Source: Escherichia phage HK6
DNA: 64,000 nt
Sequence record: PP724615.1
Direction: 5' to 3' (one strand)
Both the position numbers and the translations under genes were made by a program. Under the pieces are notes generated by a model. The model did not search any database. It worked only from the letters and a program-made list of their open reading frames with translations, and was not told the DNA's origin. Positions 1 through 7,362 of the stretch are shown in pieces. Each line of letters starts with the position of its first letter. Position 1 is the stretch's first letter.

Positions 1-258
1 GCTTTAAAAGTTTAGAAGTTTGAGTTCTTTAAACTTTTTAGCTTTCATACTTAAATGTTGATCTTTGAAGTTGTGTCGGTAATATCAACGACGCTTTGTT
101 TTTACGTGTCAGATTAAATGTCTGATGTAATAAACATAATCTCCAATAGATTATACTTTATAGTATGGTCAGCGGTCTTATTTAACCTCGTATTTCAACC
201 GCTGCTGCGAGGTAAGATGCTTGGGCTTTCGTCTACCGATTTACTAGCTTTTAAATTA

Positions 259-897
259 TTACTCTACTTCAATGAAGGTAGAGGCGTTAGACTCGGACAG
301 AACAAAGTCAACATTTGTTGCAAAGTCCTGGTATTCCTCGTCATGCTGCTTAATCAGCTTTTCCAGTTCCAGCGGGTCAATCAAGAATGGAGTATTCTTG
401 AGTTCCAGCAGGTTGAGCTGCATTTTAACTTCATCTTCGGAAGTTTTCTTATCGCGGGTAGCCATGCTATCCTGCAAACGCTCATATTTAGCATCAAACT
501 GTGCTTTCTGCGTATTAAACTTAACCGTAGCGGCATGGAACTGCTTACGCATGTTAGCCAGCAGTTGAGCTTTAAGTTCCATAGAACGCTTAGCTTCAAT
601 TGCTTCCGCAACAGTCATCTTACGAGAGCCAATCTCAACGACTGTTTCCGCATTGCTTTTAATCAGAGCAGCTTTGATACGATCACGCTGGGACATCATA
701 TCCAGGAGAGATTGGAAATCTGCCTTAATACGAGCAGACAGATCGTCTACTTCGATTGCAGCGCCAACTACAACCTTATTTTTATCCTTACCTTCACCAA
801 CAGCGATCAGAAGCTGTTGTTCAGTAGCTTTACGAATTTTAGCTTCCAGAGATTTGATAGTTGCCAGAGCGCGAGTTTTAGAGATACGAGTAGTCAT
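259..897 (-). CDS. hypothetical early protein, 212 aa, coiled-coil-like, strongly codon-biased
   Basis: ORF with AAGGAAG RBS 6 nt before ATG; same strand as neighbours; antisense ORF 118..930 explained by avoidance of TTA/CTA/TCA codons. Confidence 0.6.
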   Translation of the reverse strand: MTTRISKTRALATIKSLEAKIRKATEQQLLIAVGEGKDKNKVVVGAAIEVDDLSARIKADFQSLLDMMSQRDRIKAALIKSNAETVVEIGSRKMTVAEAIEAKRSMELKAQLLANMRKQFHAATVKFNTQKAQFDAKYERLQDSMATRDKKTSEDEVKMQLNLLELKNTPFLIDPLELEKLIKQHDEEYQDFATNVDFVLSESNASTFIEVE

Positions 898-950
898 TAT
901 TTGCTTCCTTATATGAAGTTTGAGATTTGAATTTGTTTAAATTTGGTCTA

Positions 951-1133
951 TTACAGACCAATTGCCAGCAGAGTGCGCAGAACAGTATCATTACTGTTAT
1001 CAATTTTAGGATTAGCACGATTTAGCAGATCAAAGATTTTCTGGATACCTGATTGACGTTCAGCCATACGACGGATACCCAGATTACGAGTAGCTTTCTT
1101 ACCATTTTTACGAACATTTTTAGATACTGGCAT
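951..1133 (-). CDS. small basic hypothetical protein, 60 aa
   Basis: AAGGAAAA RBS before ATG, sigma70-like promoter 1174..1202 directly upstream. Confidence 0.55.
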   Translation of the reverse strand: MPVSKNVRKNGKKATRNLGIRRMAERQSGIQKIFDLLNRANPKIDNSNDTVLRTLLAIGL

Positions 1134-1173
1134 ATTTGTTTTCCTTTTATTGTTTTCTCAAATTTATGAATAT

Positions 1174-1202
1174 ATTATACAGAATTTTGGAGCCGGAAGC
1201 AA
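1174..1202 (-). promoter_or_regulatory. sigma70 early promoter TTGCTT-17-TATAAT
   Basis: reverse complement of aagcaa (1197..1202) and attata (1174..1179), A/T-rich upstream. Confidence 0.75.
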
Positions 1203-1203
1203 A

Positions 1204-1905
1204 TCAAATTTTCATTTTTTCGATCATAGCTGCAACACAATAGCTCTCAACTAAGGCATCGAATGCTGGATCATGTTTAACCGGATAGATCCCATAACGA
1301 ATAGTGTCCATTTTCTCCATTTTAGCGGTTGCCCAGCTAATACCTTCAGCCTCTAGCTCTTTGTAACTATATCCAGCTTGCATCCAGAGATTACGAAGAG
1401 ATCGAACATTGCCCAAATTCCAGAATTTCCACGGAACTACCTCTTCATTGGTTCCAGCATGGAAAGTGTTTGCAGAGTAGATAGTCATATCAAACTCTGG
1501 GCCATTGCCATAATACAAAGCATTATCGCCTAGAGCCAACTCCATAATATTTTGAGCCATAGAGTAGGCAGCATAGTTAGAGCCGAGTTTATTAGTACAA
1601 TGATGTTTACCGTTTTGGAATGCAATCAGCTTTGGATTACGCTCGTTCATAGCTTGCATAATGTGGATAGCAGACGGACTGTCTTTAGCTTGATCCATCC
1701 AGAATGCTAGAGTAGATGCTGTAACTTTGGCACCAGAATTAAGCTGATCCTGCACATCCAAAGTAACAAATACTAGATCAGGGTCTTTATCAATTCCATG
1801 CATAGCCACAAAAGCGAATGAAGGCATTGCGATATGAGTAGTACCACAATCTCCCGGAGTTCCCAGAGATTCAATATCTAGCATACCAAATGGTTTTACT
1901 TTCAT
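1204..1905 (-). CDS. DEDDh (DnaQ-like) 3'-5' exonuclease, 233 aa
   Basis: Exo motifs LDIES (I), NGPEFD (II), HDPAFDA (III, H-x4-D); RBS AAAGGA. Confidence 0.75.
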   Translation of the reverse strand: MKVKPFGMLDIESLGTPGDCGTTHIAMPSFAFVAMHGIDKDPDLVFVTLDVQDQLNSGAKVTASTLAFWMDQAKDSPSAIHIMQAMNERNPKLIAFQNGKHHCTNKLGSNYAAYSMAQNIMELALGDNALYYGNGPEFDMTIYSANTFHAGTNEEVVPWKFWNLGNVRSLRNLWMQAGYSYKELEAEGISWATAKMEKMDTIRYGIYPVKHDPAFDALVESYCVAAMIEKMKI

Positions 1906-1933
1906 AACTTATCCTTTATTGTGTAGAAAACTA

Positions 1934-2170
1934 TTAAAGAGCTGTCTCTTTAATAGACTCCCACTTCTTGGGGTCTTTAAAACCAGGAAGCATATCCTCA
2001 CTGACATCCCAGTTCTCTTCCATAGAGAAGTCGGGCCATTCATTCCAGCTACCTTCCAGCTCTTCATAACAGGTGTCCATTACCTCATGACTAGAAAGTC
2101 GTGTATAATCTCTAGCGGACTTATGAGTGCTAGCACGGTTAAAATCATTCTTTACTACAAAATTACGCAT
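1934..2170 (-). CDS. hypothetical protein, 78 aa
   Basis: ORF with GGAG RBS, co-oriented, no motif recognised. Confidence 0.5.
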   Translation of the reverse strand: MRNFVVKNDFNRASTHKSARDYTRLSSHEVMDTCYEELEGSWNEWPDFSMEENWDVSEDMLPGFKDPKKWESIKETAL

Positions 2171-2180
2171 AGTTTCTCCA

Positions 2181-2206
2181 AATAAGAGGGGCTTTCGCCC
2201 CCTGAT
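2181..2206 (-). terminator. rho-independent terminator (GGGGC-GAAA-GCCCC + T-rich)
   Basis: stem 2188..2201, TCTTATTT follows on minus strand. Confidence 0.6.
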
Positions 2207-2211
2207 TTAAA

Positions 2212-2427
2212 TTACTTGCCCAGCAGTTTAAGGATATTTTCCATAATAGTTTGGGCAGATTTTTCACTCTTGTTGGTTTCAGCCAACTTTAAAGCTAGTT
2301 CTTCCTGCTGTTTCTGAATATCCGCAGCAATTTTTTGATCAGCCTCAATACGAGCTTGAAGCTCATCAGTGATAGTGGTAAAGGAAGCAACGATTTCAGT
2401 AACGGAACGTGGTTTCTTAGAGAACAT
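2212..2427 (-). CDS. hypothetical helical protein, 71 aa
   Basis: ORF with AAGGA RBS; followed by GGGGC/GCCCC terminator. Confidence 0.5.
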   Translation of the reverse strand: MFSKKPRSVTEIVASFTTITDELQARIEADQKIAADIQKQQEELALKLAETNKSEKSAQTIMENILKLLGK

Positions 2428-2466
2428 AAAAAATATCCTTGATTAGTTAGAGAATTAGTAGATTGT

Positions 2467-2482
2467 AGGGGCTTCTGCCCCT
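2467..2482 (-). terminator. GC hairpin AGGGGC/GCCCCT without clear U-tract
   Basis: read directly; weak as terminator. Confidence 0.35.
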
Positions 2483-2491
2483 ATTTATCTA

Positions 2492-3007
2492 TTACTTCGC
2501 TTTACGCTTGCGAGCTGGTTTAGCAGATTTACGGGCAGAATCACCCGTGAACTTAATGCCTACACCGTAACACAGAGCGCGAACGTTATCTTTACTATAC
2601 TCTACGCCAAAGATATTTGGCTTAACAGAACCAAACTGTCCACGAGCATCACGTAGTACGTCTGCCGTTGGTTTACGCTTCTGGTTAACTGCTTTCTCAT
2701 AGTCTTTCATAGCCATGCCATTACGAGAGAACAATTCAGCCCCAGCGTTGAAGCTCAGGGAAACTGGGACAGATTTGTGGCCGTAATTTTCTACATACAT
2801 AACCATTTTGTAGGATTTACGGGTGGCATTTTTAGCTTTAGGCTTCTGACGAATCGGAGCCGGATTATTCAGTGCTTGTGCAGCCTGAGCATCGGTAGGA
2901 TGCTTACGCAGGTGGCGTTCCAGACGAGCTTTGCGATTAGCCTCGGTCTGCGGGAAAGTTTTAACTGCCGGAGCTGCTTGAGTTTTTGCGTTTTTCTGCT
3001 TAGCCAT
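2492..3007 (-). CDS. highly basic hypothetical protein, 171 aa (possible nucleic-acid binder)
   Basis: K/R-rich termini, AAGGAAAA RBS, strong promoter 3046..3074 upstream. Confidence 0.6.
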   Translation of the reverse strand: MAKQKNAKTQAAPAVKTFPQTEANRKARLERHLRKHPTDAQAAQALNNPAPIRQKPKAKNATRKSYKMVMYVENYGHKSVPVSLSFNAGAELFSRNGMAMKDYEKAVNQKRKPTADVLRDARGQFGSVKPNIFGVEYSKDNVRALCYGVGIKFTGDSARKSAKPARKRKAK

Positions 3008-3045
3008 TATTTGTTTTCCTTTTTGTTTATCAATTTATGAAGTAT

Positions 3046-3074
3046 ATTATACGAGAATTTGAAGCGTTTAGCAA
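3046..3074 (-). promoter_or_regulatory. sigma70 early promoter TTGCTA-17-TATAAT (matches my memory of T5 PH207)
   Basis: -35 3069..3074, -10 3046..3051; surrounding AAAAATTCATTTGCTAAACGCTTCAAATTCTCGTATAATATACTTCATAAATTGATAAAC. Confidence 0.85.
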
Positions 3075-3082
3075 ATGAATTT

Positions 3083-3532
3083 TTAATTTATTAACTGTAA
3101 GCTTCTTTTAATTTCAGACCTTACCTGCATCAAAAGAACTCCTAAAGTATTATCCCCGATGCCTCGGCAAACACCCCAATATGTATCTCCCCAGGTATTT
3201 CCTTCGATCAAAGTTGCATTTTTTGTTGCTAACAGTTTGTCCCTCAAATCAGGGATTGCAAACTTTAACCGTAAAAGCTCTAGCATTACATCATCTTTTA
3301 CCTTATCCCAGTCAGAGCGCAGAGTTAATTTACGTCCTCTACGTTTGGCAACACCTGCATTTAGGGAGCGCAGTACATGAGCTACATCATCTTTTTGGTC
3401 GGATTTCATAGCCTGAAAAGCATGTTCTACAGTATCAGCATGCCATATTTCATTCAGATATTCAAAAGTAATTGGTGATAAATAAAAGTTTGATAAGAAA
3501 CTATAAGCACCTTTAAATTCAGTAATCTTCAT
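3083..3532 (-). CDS. NADAR (YbiA/DUF1768) family protein, 149 aa
   Basis: N-terminal YSFLSNFY, EHAFQAMK, WGDTYWG and LG..LMQVR motifs typical of NADAR domains. Confidence 0.75.
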   Translation of the reverse strand: MKITEFKGAYSFLSNFYLSPITFEYLNEIWHADTVEHAFQAMKSDQKDDVAHVLRSLNAGVAKRRGRKLTLRSDWDKVKDDVMLELLRLKFAIPDLRDKLLATKNATLIEGNTWGDTYWGVCRGIGDNTLGVLLMQVRSEIKRSLQLIN

Positions 3533-3813
3533 TTTTTACGCCCCGCATCTTTAGCCTCTTCGGCTGTATAGATATACTGATAAGCCCCTTTGGAGTATGC
3601 TGGAGCAGTACACATTTTCTTACGCTCAATCTCTTCTTGAGCTTTTCTTTCGCGTTCAGCTAATTCTTCGTCCAGATAAACTAAACGTTGTTCTGGAGGG
3701 GGTGGAAGACGTGTTTCTGGCTCACCAATATTAGCCTTTCTTATTTGACGAGGTGATTGTGCGCGTTTTCTCAATGGTTTAAATCCTAATGAATTTGAGT
3801 TATAAATCCGCAT
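3529..3813 (-). CDS. hypothetical protein, 94 aa
   Basis: GAGGAGGG RBS, promoter 3841..3869 upstream, stop overlaps NADAR start. Confidence 0.55.
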   Translation of the reverse strand: MRIYNSNSLGFKPLRKRAQSPRQIRKANIGEPETRLPPPPEQRLVYLDEELAERERKAQEEIERKKMCTAPAYSKGAYQYIYTAEEAKDAGRKK

Positions 3814-3840
3814 AAAGCCCTCCTCACTTTCAATACGAAT

Positions 3841-3869
3841 ATTATACTAAATTAGAGGGCTTTAAGCAA
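3841..3869 (-). promoter_or_regulatory. sigma70 early promoter TTGCTT-17-TATAAT
   Basis: -35 3864..3869, -10 3841..3846. Confidence 0.75.
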
Positions 3870-3890
3870 GAGAATTTTTCAATTTATTTA

Positions 3891-4367
3891 TCACATCTCA
3901 GCCATTTCAGCTTCAGTAATAACTGTATTACATAAGGCATCTACAGCTTCATTACCACTAATACCAGAATGTCCTTTAACCTTAATAAAGGTAGGGTTAG
4001 TATTATGAAAGTTGATATACTGCTGTGTTAATTTAAATGCTTCCTGCCAAAGTTCTAGATTAAGAGGAACTTCACCATCTGCTTTCTTCCAGCCTTTCCT
4101 TTGCCAAGAAAACATCCAACTTTCCATGCCATTTTTGCAATAAGCAGAGTCAGTATAGATAGCAATTGGTCTATTATCTTTTTTAACAGACCAACGTAGA
4201 GCTTCTACGATAGCTGTGAGTTCCATCTCATTATTTGTAGTTTTAGGATTATAACCAGATTTAGAACCTAAACGATCGTAGTTATCATCATAGACAATAA
4301 AACCCCAAGCACCTGGACCTGGGTTAGACTTACAAGCACCATCTGTGTAAATGTGGAAAACCGACAT
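3891..4367 (-). CDS. rnh: RNase H (RNase HI type), 158 aa from ATG 4367
   Basis: YTDGACKSNPGPGAWG, NNEMEL, YTDS, KGHSG..GNE.VD motifs; ATG 4367 overlaps upstream stop (TAATG) and follows GGGAGG; the track start 4379 is a TTG inside the RBS. Confidence 0.85.
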   Translation of the reverse strand: MSVFHIYTDGACKSNPGPGAWGFIVYDDNYDRLGSKSGYNPKTTNNEMELTAIVEALRWSVKKDNRPIAIYTDSAYCKNGMESWMFSWQRKGWKKADGEVPLNLELWQEAFKLTQQYINFHNTNPTFIKVKGHSGISGNEAVDALCNTVITEAEMAEM

Positions 4368-4648
4368 TATACCTCCCAACTAATTTTAAGACCCATGTCT
4401 ACAAAGGCGGCTTCTCGGTAGTATTGTGAGAGATGATACCCCTTATCCGATAAGGTTTTTAGTACCGATTTAGCTGCTCCTGGCATTTCTCTAGGATTAT
4501 ATAGCCACCTAGCGTAAGGATTATCTCGAATAATTACTTCTGTATTTCCAGACTTAGCAGCTTCTACAATCTTTTCTTCTATAAACTTTAGAAATGCAGG
4601 TACTTCTGTTAACCCTGCAAGTTCTTGAGCTTCTTTGGCTGAAATCAT
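4367..4648 (-). CDS. hypothetical protein, 93 aa
   Basis: TTGGAGG RBS, promoter 4674..4702 upstream. Confidence 0.55.
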   Translation of the reverse strand: MISAKEAQELAGLTEVPAFLKFIEEKIVEAAKSGNTEVIIRDNPYARWLYNPREMPGAAKSVLKTLSDKGYHLSQYYREAAFVDMGLKISWEV

Positions 4649-4673
4649 TATATACCTCCAATTTATAAAATAT

Positions 4674-4702
4674 ATTATATTTAAATTTCACTAAATAAGC
4701 AA
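4674..4702 (-). promoter_or_regulatory. sigma70 early promoter TTGCTT-17-TATAAT
   Basis: -35 4697..4702, -10 4674..4679. Confidence 0.75.
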
Positions 4703-4711
4703 ATGAAATTT

Positions 4712-4734
4712 AAATATAATAGCCCCGAAGGGCT
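4712..4734 (-). terminator. terminator after thyA (AGCCC-TTCG-GGGCT + ATTATATTT)
   Basis: stem 4721..4734. Confidence 0.6.
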
Positions 4735-4741
4735 ACTTAAG

Positions 4742-5581
4742 TTAAGAGGACATTTTAGCTTTAAGAGCTGGATGTGGATCATATCCTTCAAGTTGGAAGG
4801 ACCAAGCCGCAGTATTATTCTCTAATAAATCATAGAGATCTACAAATTCTGGCATTACTAGAGTTGGCAAAGGACGTGGTTTGCGTTTCATTTGCTCCTC
4901 TACTTGCTCTATATGATCACTGTAAATATGTGTATCTCCACCACTAAAGATGAGATAACGAGGTTTTAATCCAGTCAGTTTTGCCAGGATATGTGTTAAT
5001 AAAGCATAGCTAGCAATATTGAAAGGCAGACCTAGAAAACAGTCTACAGAACGTTGTGTCCATTTAAGGTCTAAGTATCCATCATTACTTACGTAACATT
5101 GAAAACCATAGTGACATGGTGGTAATGCCATCTTATCCAGTTCAGCTACGTTCCATGCGGATACTAGGTGTCTACGACCGTGTGGATTATTCTTGAGACC
5201 CTCAATGAGTTCTAGGATCTGATCTCGTCCACCAAAGTTACGCCATTGTTTACCATATACTGGCCCTAGATTACCATTGTCATATCCCATACTTATGGCT
5301 TGGTCTTCATAATTTGGAGTCCAGATGGTCCACTGTCCTTCGTCACGCCCAAATGTGAATACTCGCAGATCATGGAGATTTGTAGATCCAGATAAAAACC
5401 ATAAGAGTTCTCCAACTACCGACTTCCAAGCTAGACGTTTTGTAGTTACAGCTGGAAATCCCTCACGTAAATCGAACTTAGCATAGGAATCAAAAATTGA
5501 AACTGTGCCTGTTCCTGTACGGTCGTTACGTGGTTCACCTAGTAGAATTACATCTGTTAGAATTTTTAAATATTGTTGCAT
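4742..5581 (-). CDS. thyA: thymidylate synthase, 279 aa
   Basis: RNDRTGTGT and ALPPCHYGFQ (catalytic Cys) signatures. Confidence 0.95.
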   Translation of the reverse strand: MQQYLKILTDVILLGEPRNDRTGTGTVSIFDSYAKFDLREGFPAVTTKRLAWKSVVGELLWFLSGSTNLHDLRVFTFGRDEGQWTIWTPNYEDQAISMGYDNGNLGPVYGKQWRNFGGRDQILELIEGLKNNPHGRRHLVSAWNVAELDKMALPPCHYGFQCYVSNDGYLDLKWTQRSVDCFLGLPFNIASYALLTHILAKLTGLKPRYLIFSGGDTHIYSDHIEQVEEQMKRKPRPLPTLVMPEFVDLYDLLENNTAAWSFQLEGYDPHPALKAKMSS

Positions 5582-6114
5582 TAATAAGTAACCAATTCCT
5601 GTACAAATCGCAGGCTGTTATCACTGTTTGCGCCAGTTGCGTAAACTAAACGAGTAGATTCATAGTTGTAATCTAGAATCGTATTATCCAGATGTACATC
5701 TGCCTCTAGTTTTTGATTACTAAAGATTGTTGATACAAAAGCACTTTCAATATGTCCATGAATATACATTTCGTACAGTAATGTTGCACCGCCTAAAACC
5801 ACTGTCTGTTGATCTTTTAAGAATGTGGGTAATGTATCTCCAATCTTTGAAATTGGGGTATAGATACCATGTTTAATATCATCAGGCAGAGGACGATCCG
5901 CACGAATAAAGAGATCAGATTCTCCAATCATACGTTGCCGAACAACTTCTGGAAGTGCTAAATAAGTACCCGCACCAATGATGATGTTATCTGGATTCAA
6001 CACGTCCAGTTGAGAATAGAAAGCATCTAGTTCTTCTTTGAAGGAACCCCAGGGGAGTTTACCTCGGAGGCCGAACTCTCCATTCGGCCCAACTGCATAT
6101 ATTGCTGTAATCAT
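5581..6114 (-). CDS. frd: dihydrofolate reductase, 177 aa
   Basis: N-terminal IYAVGPNGEFGLRGKLPW motif, size, position between nrdB and thyA. Confidence 0.85.
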   Translation of the reverse strand: MITAIYAVGPNGEFGLRGKLPWGSFKEELDAFYSQLDVLNPDNIIIGAGTYLALPEVVRQRMIGESDLFIRADRPLPDDIKHGIYTPISKIGDTLPTFLKDQQTVVLGGATLLYEMYIHGHIESAFVSTIFSNQKLEADVHLDNTILDYNYESTRLVYATGANSDNSLRFVQELVTY

Positions 6115-7256
6115 AAGAAATCTCCAAATTCATTACCCAGATCTTTCAGAGTATCCGTAGAGGTCTCAGTTACCTGACCTACACGGTAGGCTGCACCAAT
6201 CTGGATTTCTTGTGGAGCAGGCTGTAAAGAAGTAGTATCCAACCAGTTCATGATCCACGGAATAGGGTTTTTGGTGATTACTGGTAAATGACTAGGCCAT
6301 TCTACACCAATGTGCATGAACGCATTACGCCCTACAAAATATAGGTACTCTTCTAGAAGTTCTGCGTTCAAACCAATCAGACTACGACCTTTGAAAATGA
6401 AATGACCCCATTCAATTTCAGTTTTCAGAGTTTTCAGGAGCTGTGCTGGTGCTTTAGCCACTGCTTCATCTACCAGATCTTTGTCAAACTGCTGGAACAT
6501 AATCTGGATGATTGCTTTAGACATCTGAGTGTGTAGAGCTTCATCTTTAGCGATTAATTGCAGATTTTTAGCAATACCTTGCAGAATATCGTTCTCTGCT
6601 AATGCAAAGGTACATGCAAAGGATGCGTAAAACTGCATTGCTTCCAGACCGTAGATCGCAAAGTAAGCATCTAATAGCTTAGCCTGAGTTTCACGTTTAA
6701 CTTCAGGGAACTCAGTTTCTGGATATGTATTGTCTCCACGATGATCGCGTACTGCGATGAAATACTGACCTAACTGGTACAGTTCATCGAATAGTTCAAC
6801 AGAATCAGCGATGCGTGCGAATGCTTCTTGGTTTTTGGTTACAGAATCAATAAATTCTGCTGGATCAGTCAGCACATTACGAATAATATTGCTATAAGCA
6901 CGACTATGCAGGTCTTCAAAATAGCTCCACTGTTTGAGCATACCTTCCAATTCTGGACGACTTACAAGGGGCATAATAGCTGCTTCAGGAGCACGACTAA
7001 TAAAGGAGTCTGTTTGAGTCTGCCATGCTAAGTTCAGGAGTGTAATTTCCTGAATTTCCCGTGGGAGATTAGGCCATTGTTTCTTATCTGCTTCCAGACT
7101 GATTTCAGTTTCAGTCCAAAATTGAGAGCGTTGCAGGAGTGCCAGACGTTCTAGTTCTGGATGTGCTACACGTACATAATCTGCGATACCGAGAGAATCT
7201 CCCAGGAAAAGGTCAGCGTTAGTATGATCCCAATTCAGGTTTAGTAAAGTAGTCAT
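6111..7256 (-). CDS. nrdB: class Ia ribonucleotide reductase small subunit, 381 aa
   Basis: di-iron ligand motifs (EDLHSRAY, KDEALH), length, adjacency to nrdA. Confidence 0.95.
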   Translation of the reverse strand: MTTLLNLNWDHTNADLFLGDSLGIADYVRVAHPELERLALLQRSQFWTETEISLEADKKQWPNLPREIQEITLLNLAWQTQTDSFISRAPEAAIMPLVSRPELEGMLKQWSYFEDLHSRAYSNIIRNVLTDPAEFIDSVTKNQEAFARIADSVELFDELYQLGQYFIAVRDHRGDNTYPETEFPEVKRETQAKLLDAYFAIYGLEAMQFYASFACTFALAENDILQGIAKNLQLIAKDEALHTQMSKAIIQIMFQQFDKDLVDEAVAKAPAQLLKTLKTEIEWGHFIFKGRSLIGLNAELLEEYLYFVGRNAFMHIGVEWPSHLPVITKNPIPWIMNWLDTTSLQPAPQEIQIGAAYRVGQVTETSTDTLKDLGNEFGDFL

Positions 7257-7287
7257 TGATTTTCCTCTTTCTCACTATTTCAGGAAT

Positions 7288-7316
7288 ATTATAGCAAATC
7301 TGATAGCGATTAGCAA
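7288..7316 (-). promoter_or_regulatory. sigma70 early promoter TTGCTA-17-TATAAT (nrdB-frd-thyA unit)
   Basis: -35 7311..7316, -10 7288..7293. Confidence 0.75.
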
Positions 7317-7326
7317 GTAAAATTTC

Positions 7327-7355
7327 AAAGAAAAAGGAGACCCGAAGATCTCCTT
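7327..7355 (-). terminator. terminator after nrdA (AAGGAGA/TCTCCTT + TTTTC)
   Basis: stem 7334..7355. Confidence 0.8.
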
Positions 7356-7362
7356 GTTTTTA

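Noticed and set aside
1-258. Hairpins (CAGCGGT/ACCGCTG at about 170..212, GTTGAT/ATCAAC at about 57..90) and 7-14 aa mini-ORFs at the left edge
   Set aside because: No convincing promoter, terminator or gene could be assembled. The region is cut by the window edge and cannot be interpreted alone.
118-930. 270-aa plus-strand ORF covering the whole 212-aa minus-strand gene
   Set aside because: It has no RBS or promoter and a low-complexity Leu/Phe/Ser-rich translation. It is the mirror frame of a strongly codon-biased gene that avoids TTA/CTA/TCA, which keeps the antisense frame open.
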